DNA from: a virus
Taxonomy: Duplodnaviria; Caudoviricetes
Virus record (IMG/VR): IMGVR_UViG_3300048625_000103
Coordinates: 1-62,700 of that record
Strand: one strand, 5' to 3'
DNA: 62,700 nt
Shown here: positions 55,008-62,700 of the stretch, piece by piece
Position numbering within the stretch: position 1 is the stretch's first letter
Layout of the letters: each line of letters begins with the position of its first letter
Program-made: the position numbers and the translations under genes
Notes under the pieces: generated by a model
Seen by the model: only the letters and a program-made list of their open reading frames with translations
The model's database searches: none
What the model was told of the DNA's origin: nothing

Positions 55008-55532
55008 ATGGGATTCGCAACTCACCTCGGCCCTTGGTTGTTGGGTACTGTTAAAAACACCACCGGCACCACTCCCGGCACGGTTAAAAACACTGGCGAC
55101 ACTATGGTTGCCCAGACATTCAAGAAAGATTACACAGGCACCACAACTGCTGGCCGCGCTGACGTTATCGCTTGCTTGCCTGCTGGCGCTCAGATCATCA
55201 ACATTTACCAAGACACATTGGTCGCCTTTACTGGTTCCACATTGGCCAATGCCCAAATTGGCGATGGCACAACAGTGAACAAGTATTTCACCACTACAGA
55301 CTTGACCGCAGCTGGTCGTGCAGCAAGCACAAACGGCGTTTTGGCCAACTGGGCTGGCGCTGCTACTACAGCAGTTCCATCTGGCGCTGGTATCGGTTCT
55401 ACGGACGTTTTGGTGACAGCCACAATGACTCCTACGGCCGCTACCGTTACTGCCGGTACAGTGCAATACACCATTGTTTACACAGTGCGTAACTCTGACG
55501 GTGCACAAGCTCCTACAGCGTTCCAACAGTAA
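55008..55532 (+). CDS. Virion structural protein
   Basis: T/A/G-rich; AAGGAG RBS; start reassigned to MGFATHLG. Confidence 0.65.
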   Translation: MGFATHLGPWLLGTVKNTTGTTPGTVKNTGDTMVAQTFKKDYTGTTTAGRADVIACLPAGAQIINIYQDTLVAFTGSTLANAQIGDGTTVNKYFTTTDLTAAGRAASTNGVLANWAGAATTAVPSGAGIGSTDVLVTATMTPTAATVTAGTVQYTIVYTVRNSDGAQAPTAFQQ

Positions 55533-55543
55533 TCAATCCTGCG

Positions 55544-55564
55544 GAGGGCTTCGGCCCTCTTCTT
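55544..55564 (+). terminator. Hairpin/weak terminator
   Basis: GAGGGC-TTCG-GCCCTC-TTCTT. Confidence 0.6.
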
Positions 55565-55584
55565 AAAACTTTAGGAGATTGATT

Positions 55585-55866
55585 ATGGCTATGCAAACAG
55601 ACGTTAAAACGGGATCTGCTGCCGCTGGTGCAACAACCACTATTTTTGGTGGCCCGGCACGAATCAAGGCTGTGACCATTAGCTACCCATCGGGTGGTAC
55701 TGTGGTTTTGAATGACGGCACTGCTGGTACAGCAATGTTTTCATTTACAGCGCCAGCTGCTGCTGGATCGGTTCACATTTTGTTTCCCGGTGAAGGAACG
55801 AAATGCAACACAAATATCTCTGCCGTGTGCGCAGCAGCAACAACAGCTGTAGTGTTTTATGGCTGA
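55585..55866 (+). CDS. Small structural protein
   Basis: MAMQTDVK...; AGGAG RBS. Confidence 0.6.
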   Translation: MAMQTDVKTGSAAAGATTTIFGGPARIKAVTISYPSGGTVVLNDGTAGTAMFSFTAPAAAGSVHILFPGEGTKCNTNISAVCAAATTAVVFYG

Positions 55867-56587
55867 TCAAAAGGTTTTCGACGTATCTGGCCGCCGCCTC
55901 ATGGTGGCAATTCCAGCTTACGACGGCAAGCTGAATATTAAGTCGGCGTTCGCCTTGGCCAACCTTGCAGTTCATACTGCACAGGCTGGGGTGACGCTGC
56001 AACTTAATCAAATTTCTGGGTGCTCGCTTATCACCAAAGCGCGCAACGTTCTAGCGGCCGACTTCCTTGCTTCGGACTGCACTGATTTGCTTTTTATTGA
56101 TGCAGACGTTATTTTCAAAGCTGAAGATGTAATGCGTTTGCTGGCACTGAGCGGTGACAAAGACATCACCGCAGGGGCGTATCCACGACGCTCAAAAGAC
56201 AAGAAATTCTTCACAGACCTGTACTTAACCGAAGATGGCAAGCTCGAGTTTGCTGACGGCATGTTGCGCGTGCAGCGTATCGGTACAGGTTTTATGCTGA
56301 TCCGTCGCCATGTGCTTGAGACTTTGCGAGACAAGCATCCTGAGTGGCGCTGTTACAACAATGTTTTGGAGCGGGATGAACATGCAATATTCGACTTCCA
56401 ACTCAAAGACGGCGAATACTATGGTGAAGACTACACCTTTTGTAACCGCGCATCTGAAGAAGGATTTACTGTGCATTTGGACACGGACATCAATCTACCG
56501 CATGTCGGCACGGAAGAGTTTGCCAACCATTTTGGTGAAGAGGTGTTGAAGCCCTTGCTTGAACATTACGAGGTGAGCAATGTCTAA
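55859..56587 (+). CDS. GT-A fold glycosyltransferase-like protein
   Basis: VAIPAY, ARN, LLFIDAD (DxD), GTGFMLI, GEDYTFC and HVG motifs. Confidence 0.8.
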   Translation: MADQKVFDVSGRRLMVAIPAYDGKLNIKSAFALANLAVHTAQAGVTLQLNQISGCSLITKARNVLAADFLASDCTDLLFIDADVIFKAEDVMRLLALSGDKDITAGAYPRRSKDKKFFTDLYLTEDGKLEFADGMLRVQRIGTGFMLIRRHVLETLRDKHPEWRCYNNVLERDEHAIFDFQLKDGEYYGEDYTFCNRASEEGFTVHLDTDINLPHVGTEEFANHFGEEVLKPLLEHYEVSNV

Positions 56588-58102
56588 AAAAACACCATCA
56601 CTTGCAATTGGACGCGGTGAAAAGCTCCCAGTTTCAAAGGGTGCTGGCCTCACTGCCAAGGGTCGCGCCAAGTACAACGCTGCAACAGGCAGTAACTTGA
56701 AGGCTCCACAGCCACAAGGCGGTAAACGCAAAGATTCTTTTTGTGCTCGCATGTCCGGAATGCCCGGCCCCATGAAAGACGAAAAAGGTAAACCAACTCG
56801 TAAAGCAGCCTCTTTGGCGCGGTGGAAATGTTAATGGATGCAAACACTATTTGGAGCACTGCTCTAACTATCATCATGGCCCTGCTTGGATTTATTGTGA
56901 AGGCAAAAGATGCTGAGCATAAAGAAACAAAAGACGAGCTTGGACGCGTCACAATCCTTCTCAATCGAACTCGCGAAGAAGTCGCTAAAGAGTACGTCAC
57001 AAAAGTTGAAGTCCACGCAGACATCAACCGGGTCTTGGACAGGCTTGATCGCTTGGATGAAAAACTGGATCGACTTATGGAGAACAAGCATGCCATCTAA
57101 AAGTGAAGCTCAAAAGCGTTTGATGGATGCCGCGGCACATAATCCATCGTTTGCAAAAAAGGTGGGAATTCCATCAAAGGTAGCAAAAGATTTCAGCGAA
57201 TCCAGTGTTGGCATGAAGTTTAAAAAGGGTGGCGCTGAATCTCAACCTCAGCGACAATCCATCAATCAACCAAAAATTAACCACGGCGATCAAGCGCTGT
57301 TTTCGAAAGGTGGCAAAGCCATGGATAAAGCGGACATCAAACAAGATAAAGCAATCGTAAAGAAGGCTTTTGGCATGCACGACAAACAGTCGCATGAAGG
57401 TAAGAAAACAAATCTTTCAAAGCTGGCACGCGGTGGTGGTATTGAGTCCAAGGGTAAAACCAAAGGCAAAATGATCACCATGTGCGGTGGCGGAATGTCG
57501 AAGAAAAAATAAGGAATCATCATGGCTACAAAAGAAATGACGTCAGCAGAGTACACAAAAAAAATGTACGAAGAATCTCCTTATAAAGATAAAGCGCGTG
57601 ACAGTGATATGAGAAACAAGTTAAACGCTATGCTGAATACAGCAGGCGCAGGCCGAGGAAATCAAGGTGGCCCTACAGCCAAACAAGTTGGCCAAAATCG
57701 TGGAATGATGAGCGATGCTGAAAAAGGTGCTCGCGAAGAGATGGAATTTAAAAAGCTATCAGAACCAAACGAAGATCAACGATACAAAAAAGGCGGTTCA
57801 GTTTCTTCTGCTTCGCGTCGTGCTGACGGTATTGCTTCCAAAGGCAAAACACGCGGTAAGGTGATCTGATGCGTGCCAGTCGCGGTATGGGCGCAATCGC
57901 GCCCTCTAAGATGCCAAGCGGTGTTCGCAAAGCACGCCGTGACAATACAGACTTCACTGAATTTGCTGAAGGCGGAAAAGTGGGTCTGTACGCAAACATC
58001 AATGCCAAACGCAAGAGCGGTGCAAAAATGCGCAAACCCGGCGCAAAAGGTGCCCCAACTGATCAGGCGTTCATTGATTCAGCAAAAACTGCAAAGAAAT
58101 AA
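56580..58102 (+). CDS. Cluster of small basic proteins (56580-56834, 57090-57512, 57522-57869, 57869-58102) plus TM/coiled-coil protein 56834-57100
   Basis: Lys/Gly/Ala-rich; recurring xxxGG and KGKTxG motifs; coupled starts. Confidence 0.6.
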
Positions 58103-58104
58103 TC

Positions 58105-59025
58105 ATGGCAAACACATCCGGTAAAACAGTATTCAACTTGGACTTGTCCGAGCTGATTGAGGACGCTTTCGAGCGTTGCGGTCAAGAGCTGCGCACCGGA
58201 TATGAGATGCGTACAGCCCGTCGATCGCTCAACCTTTTGACTATTGAATGGTCAAACAGAGGCATCAACTTGTGGACCATTGAGCAGGGCCAGATCGTAA
58301 TGAATACTGGCCAAGCCATGTACGCCATTCCATCTGACACCATTGACTTGCTGGACACGGTTACACGTACAGGCTCTGGAACTACACAAAGTGATGTGAG
58401 CGTCACTCGCATCTCAGAGCCGACGTACATGACAATTCCAAACAAGAATGCAACTGGCCGCCCGGTTCAAGTTTGGATCAACCGTCAAACAGGTTTGGTA
58501 AACACAACGTCAGTGGTTACTGTTGCTGCGATCAATGATACTGATACAACGATTACAGTTTCCGACGCAAGCCAGCTTGGCACGATTGGGTTCATCAATA
58601 TTGGCTCAGAGACAATTGCCTACCAAAACGTTTCTGGAAATCAGCTGTTGAACTGCTTCCGCGGGCAAAACAACACAACGGCAACGGCTCATGCCATGGG
58701 ATCTTCTATTTCCGTGGCAAACCTGTCGTCGATTAACGTTTATCCAACACCAAGCGCGCCGGGCAATCAGTACACGTTTGTGTATTACCGTATGCGCCGC
58801 ATTCAAGATGCCGGTGGCGGTGTGAACATTCAAGACATTCCATTCCGCATGCTTAACTGCATGGTTGCTGGCTTGGCCTTCTACTTGTCTCAAAAGGTTC
58901 CCGGTGCAGAAGCTCGCATGCCTTGGCTGAAGTCGGAATATGAAGAGCAGTGGCTTTTGGCATCCACAGAAGATCGAGACAAATCTGCCGATCGTTATGT
59001 CCCACGGAACATGATGTATGCCTAA
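58105..59025 (+). CDS. Head-tail adaptor/tail tubular-type protein
   Basis: ARRSLNLL...NRGINLWT N-terminus, beta-rich insert, GLAFYL...EDR end. Confidence 0.6.
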   Translation: MANTSGKTVFNLDLSELIEDAFERCGQELRTGYEMRTARRSLNLLTIEWSNRGINLWTIEQGQIVMNTGQAMYAIPSDTIDLLDTVTRTGSGTTQSDVSVTRISEPTYMTIPNKNATGRPVQVWINRQTGLVNTTSVVTVAAINDTDTTITVSDASQLGTIGFINIGSETIAYQNVSGNQLLNCFRGQNNTTATAHAMGSSISVANLSSINVYPTPSAPGNQYTFVYYRMRRIQDAGGGVNIQDIPFRMLNCMVAGLAFYLSQKVPGAEARMPWLKSEYEEQWLLASTEDRDKSADRYVPRNMMYA

Positions 59026-59533
59026 AAAAGACGCAGAGGCCCGTAAAGCGTATCAACGCGAATACAGTCAACGCAAACGTGTTGAGGCTTATGCTCGTGT
59101 AAAACAATGGAGAAAAGAAAATCCAGAGAAGGTTGCAGAGCAAAACCGGGTCTATGCTGAAAAACATCCAGAAAAGCTGGTTGAAAAATCCATTCGATGG
59201 AAAATAAAAAATCCAGAACGTGCCTCTCAAGTCTCAAGGGCTTCTCGTTTAAAAAACAAAGGTCGGATTGTCGCAAATAAGGCGGCATATAGGGCCGCAA
59301 AAAAAAATAGAACGCCATGTTGGCTAACTGATTTTGACCGTTTAAAAATAAAATGCATGTACCAGTTGGCTGCAATGTACAGCAAAGAAAATGACTGTAA
59401 ATTTGAAGTTGACCACATAATTCCGATGTGTGGAGAGCTTGTTTCCGGCCTTCATGTACCAAGCAATCTTCAGGTGATAAGAGCATCTGAAAACAGAATG
59501 AAGAACAACAAATTTGAGGTAAGCAATGCCTAA
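59018..59533 (+). mobile_element. Free-standing HNH homing endonuclease
   Basis: EVDHIIP...GLHVPSNLQV...EN..K motif; AT-rich; overlaps both neighbours. Confidence 0.85.
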
Positions 59534-59954
59534 TCGTTTTGCTTCTGGTAAATATTCAATTGCTGAATGCGATCGTTGTGGTCAAAGATATAAGCTAAAG
59601 GAGCTTAGAAAATTAACCATAAAGACAAAACAAGTTAGCATTAAGGTGTGTCCTGAATGTTGGGAACAAGACCAACCACAATTGCAGATCGGTATGTGGC
59701 CGGTTAACGACCCGCAGGCGGTGCGTGAACCACGTCCAGACACAAGCTATACGGCATCTGGCACAACTGGCCTGCAAGTTAACAACTCCGGCAACACAAC
59801 GCTGCTTGGAGAAGGTTATGTTTCGGAAGGAAGTCGCAACATCCAGTGGGGATGGGCGCCTGTAGGTGGTGCTCGTCTTTTTGACGATGCGTTGACGCCA
59901 AATAACTTGTCTTTAGCTGTGATAATCGGTACAGTACAAGTCGTGGCGAATTGA
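59526..59954 (+). CDS. Zn-ribbon hypothetical protein
   Basis: CDRCG...CPEC...QPQL...PRPD. Confidence 0.6.
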   Translation: MPNRFASGKYSIAECDRCGQRYKLKELRKLTIKTKQVSIKVCPECWEQDQPQLQIGMWPVNDPQAVREPRPDTSYTASGTTGLQVNNSGNTTLLGEGYVSEGSRNIQWGWAPVGGARLFDDALTPNNLSLAVIIGTVQVVAN

Positions 59955-59958
59955 AATC

Positions 59959-59978
59959 GAACCAAAGAGTTTTGGTTC
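59959..59978. promoter_or_regulatory. Dispersed palindrome copy 5, next to an RBS
   Basis: GAACCAAAGAGTTTTGGTTC directly upstream of AAAAGGAG. Confidence 0.7.
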
Positions 59979-59987
59979 TAAAAGGAG

Positions 59988-60424
59988 TTGAAAATGGGAT
60001 TTAAGAAATCAGCAGATGGCGTTGCTAAAAAGGGCAAAACCGAGGGCAAGAATCTTGGTGATAGCGGCCCTACAGTTTCCATTCAGTCCGCCAAAGCAGG
60101 CAAGTCTGGTAAATCTGGTGGCAAGACCAATGAAGAAATGATGAAACTTGGCCGCGGCATGGCTAAAGTGGCAAACCAAAAGCGAGGTTAATCATGGCTA
60201 CCAAGAAAAATAACAAGCCAGCATCTGCTTATGCTGGTCGTTACAAAGAAGCTGCTACTGATTTGGCAAAGAAGGCCAATATGAGCAAGGCTGATACGGT
60301 GGATATGTCTGTTGGAAACATCAGCAAGTCTGCCGGTAACGAAGGTGTGAAAACTTCTGGTATCAAAATCCGTGGTACTGGCGCAGCTACTAAGGGCCTG
60401 ATGGCTCGAGGTCCAATGGCGTAA
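59988..60424 (+). CDS. Two small basic proteins (59988-60191, 60194-60424)
   Basis: ADGVAKKGKTEG and RGTGAATKG motifs. Confidence 0.6.
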
Positions 60425-60426
60425 AT

Positions 60427-61077
60427 ATGGATTACCAAAGCCTCATTACAGCGGTTAGTGACTACACGGAGAACACGTTTCCCACCGTGGACATGAACAC
60501 GTTCATCACGCAGGCGGAACAGCGTATATACAACTCTGTGCAGTTCCCTTCTTTGCGTAAGAATGTCACTGGCACATTGACTCCAAGTAACAAATACTTG
60601 TCGTGTCCGCTTGACTTCTTGTCGGTGTATTCGCTGGCTGTAATTGATGATGCTGGTTCCTATGAGTACCTGTTGAATAAAGACGTCAACTTTATTCGAC
60701 AGGCTTACCCAAATCCAAGCGATACCGCTATTCCAAAATATTACGCCCTGTTTGGCCCAAACACTGTGCAGCCTAATGAGCTGTCTCTTATTGTTGGTCC
60801 AACGCCGGATGCTGTGTATTCTGTTGAGCTCCACTATTTCTTCTATCCTGAATCAATCGTCACGGCCGGTAACACTTGGCTTGGCGACAACATGGATTCA
60901 GTATTGCTGTACGGCACGCTGGTTGAGGCAAACACGTACATGAAGGGTGAGGCAGATATGACCGCTCTTTACAACACCAAGTACCAAGAGGCATTGGCAT
61001 TGGCTAAGCGTCTGGGAGATGGTTTGGAGAGACAAGATAGCTATCGCAGTGGTCAGTATCGTCAGCCGGTGAACTAA
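60427..61077 (+). CDS. Adaptor/tail tubular A-like protein
   Basis: FITQAEQRI, PKYYA, GPTPD and LLYGTLVEA motifs. Confidence 0.65.
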   Translation: MDYQSLITAVSDYTENTFPTVDMNTFITQAEQRIYNSVQFPSLRKNVTGTLTPSNKYLSCPLDFLSVYSLAVIDDAGSYEYLLNKDVNFIRQAYPNPSDTAIPKYYALFGPNTVQPNELSLIVGPTPDAVYSVELHYFFYPESIVTAGNTWLGDNMDSVLLYGTLVEANTYMKGEADMTALYNTKYQEALALAKRLGDGLERQDSYRSGQYRQPVN

Positions 61078-61078
61078 T

Positions 61079-61525
61079 ATGACAATTGCACAAACTGCAA
61101 CAACATCTTTCAAGACGGAGTTAATGCAAGCTGTGCATAACTTTGGACCAGTCACGCCTGACACATTCTTTATTGCGCTTTACACGGGCGCAGCAAACAT
61201 TGATGCCACAACAACTGCGTACACAACTGATGGTGAGGTTGTTGGAACTGGATATACGGCAGGCGGTCAACAGCTGACCATTACAACGTCGCCAACAGCA
61301 GCAAACAACAATTACGGTGTGCCAACGGCATACGTTAACTTTGCAGATGTCACATGGGCAAATGCTACGTTCACTGCGCGCGGTGCATTGATCTATAACG
61401 CAACACAAGGCAATAAGTCGGTTGCTGTTTTGGATTTTGGTGGCGACAAGGTTAAGAGCGGAACGGACTTTACAATTCAGTTTCCTGCTGCCGGTGCAAA
61501 TACCGCCATCATCCGTATTGCGTAA
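61079..61525 (+). CDS. Tail structural protein, paralogue of 61743-62219
   Basis: TSFKTEL...HNF...ALY...TTAY...GEV.GTGYTAGG...ALIYN. Confidence 0.65.
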   Translation: MTIAQTATTSFKTELMQAVHNFGPVTPDTFFIALYTGAANIDATTTAYTTDGEVVGTGYTAGGQQLTITTSPTAANNNYGVPTAYVNFADVTWANATFTARGALIYNATQGNKSVAVLDFGGDKVKSGTDFTIQFPAAGANTAIIRIA

Positions 61526-61535
61526 AGGATCTGAC

Positions 61536-61730
61536 ATGTTAGTGAACACTACAAAAGGCGAAATGGACGATTCATTGCTTGAAAAGCGTGAAGGTTCTAT
61601 CGACAACGAAAACGAACTGACCACTTGGGTTGAGTACTGGCTCTTGGATGAGCTTGTGCACCGCTCTGTGCATGTGACTTTGAAAAAGATGCCCGTATTC
61701 GCGGGCGCTGAAGCCGCTTCTATCGCGTAA
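61536..61730 (+). CDS. Small hypothetical protein
   Basis: MLVNTTKGEMDDSLLEK; AAGGA RBS. Confidence 0.6.
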   Translation: MLVNTTKGEMDDSLLEKREGSIDNENELTTWVEYWLLDELVHRSVHVTLKKMPVFAGAEAASIA

Positions 61731-61742
61731 AGGAAAGACCAA

Positions 61743-62219
61743 ATGGCCAATACCCAATCAATGTGCACCTCGTTCATGGGCGAGTTGTTGACAGGCACAC
61801 ACAACTTCGGCGTCGCACCTATCCGTGCAGCGGCTACGGCAGACACCTTCAAGGCTGCTCTGTATTTGACTTCGGCCACGATTAACGCGGCAACTACAGC
61901 CTATTCGTCAACAGGTGAAGTATCGGGTACTGGCTATACAGCTGGCGGCGTAACCGTCACTAACGCAACCCCTCCGTCATCTACAAACAGCTCGGCAACG
62001 GCTGGCGTGGCTTACTGGACTCCATCGGCTTCGATCACGTACACAACCGTGACGCTGACAACCGCCTTTGATACGGTATTGATTTACAACTCGACACAGA
62101 GCAACAAATCCGTATCGGTGCACACCTTCGGTTCGCAAACCATCACGGCCGGTACATTCACACTTACCATGCCATCGAACACAACGTCAACAGCTCTGTT
62201 GCGTTTGGCTACAACCTAA
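61743..62219 (+). CDS. Tail structural protein, paralogue of 61079-61525
   Basis: Same motif series as 61079-61525. Confidence 0.65.
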   Translation: MANTQSMCTSFMGELLTGTHNFGVAPIRAAATADTFKAALYLTSATINAATTAYSSTGEVSGTGYTAGGVTVTNATPPSSTNSSATAGVAYWTPSASITYTTVTLTTAFDTVLIYNSTQSNKSVSVHTFGSQTITAGTFTLTMPSNTTSTALLRLATT

Positions 62220-62228
62220 AGGGGTTCT

Positions 62229-62700
62229 ATGGCGCTGGTACTACCTGATCGCGTACAACAAACAGGGACGGCTAACACAACCGTTAGCTTTACCCTAGGA
62301 TCGACAATCTCTGGGTTTCAGTCTTTTGCAAGTGTAGGCGACGGTAATAGTACGTACTATGCAGCCACAGATACCGCAAACAACTGGGAAGTAGGGGTTG
62401 GCACATACACAGCCTCTGGCACACTGCTAACCCGTAGTGTGGTGCTGTCTTCCAGCAACAGCGGAAGCGCGGTAACGTTTGTCGGTACGGTTACTGTTTT
62501 TGTTACCTACCCGGGGTCTGTTTTCTTTAACCCTGCCGTTCCAGCTGCAATTGGAACTACAACACCTGCTGCCGGTACGTTTACTACGTTGATTGGTGGC
62601 GGTGGCTCACCCAACTACCAACAAGTGTCAGGCGCCGCCACGGGTAAAGGTGTGGTGCAGTCTGTGCTGGGCGCAGACGCCAACATTGCCCAAGTTTTTC
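62229..62700 (+). CDS. Tail fibre N-terminal part, open at the right edge (not in ORF track)
   Basis: MALVLPDRVQQT...WEVGVGTY...LTR; 157 codons plus 1 nt with no stop. Confidence 0.75.
   Translation, partial: MALVLPDRVQQTGTANTTVSFTLGSTISGFQSFASVGDGNSTYYAATDTANNWEVGVGTYTASGTLLTRSVVLSSSNSGSAVTFVGTVTVFVTYPGSVFFNPAVPAAIGTTTPAAGTFTTLIGGGGSPNYQQVSGAATGKGVVQSVLGADANIAQVF

Noticed and set aside
5702-59978. Palindrome copies or cassette junctions as a CRISPR array or integron attC sites
   Set aside because: Copies are kilobases apart with no regular spacers, no cas genes and no integrase.
1160-61879. Numerous antisense and alternate-frame ORFs in the track
   Set aside because: They shadow well-supported genes, lack RBSs and show no motifs.

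Overview
Near-complete, circularly permuted dsDNA tailed-phage genome. The ORF running off the right edge (62229-62700) continues in frame into the ORF entering at the left edge. Gene content points to podovirus-like morphology: TerS/TerL, portal, GroES-like protein, scaffold, major capsid, adaptor and nozzle-type proteins, three to four ejection/internal proteins, tail fibres, and a GH108 endolysin with holins. It also carries Erf recombinase, PD-(D/E)XK exonuclease, SF2 helicase, TOPRIM primase, a ParB-like protein, MazG and three free-standing homing endonucleases. I see no DNA polymerase, integrase, tRNA or CRISPR array. A proteobacterial host is an inference only. The most notable signals lie outside standard gene calls: (1) a promoter- and terminator-bounded ~78-nt RNA complementary to the ribosome-binding sites of three phage genes; (2) a ~630-nt tract of densely structured non-coding RNA with loop-bulge and kissing-loop pairings; (3) five dispersed copies of a 20-bp palindrome, with ParB-like and LexA-like candidate binders; (4) a modular mini-gene family with shared DNA junctions; (5) two ejection proteins sharing a 31-aa leader plus poly-Gly around a GNAT-like gene, and a recurring hydrophobic-x-x-GG motif; (6) a 5'-truncated orphan NAMPT. 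All calls come from reading the sequence and motifs by eye; no database search or folding program was run.
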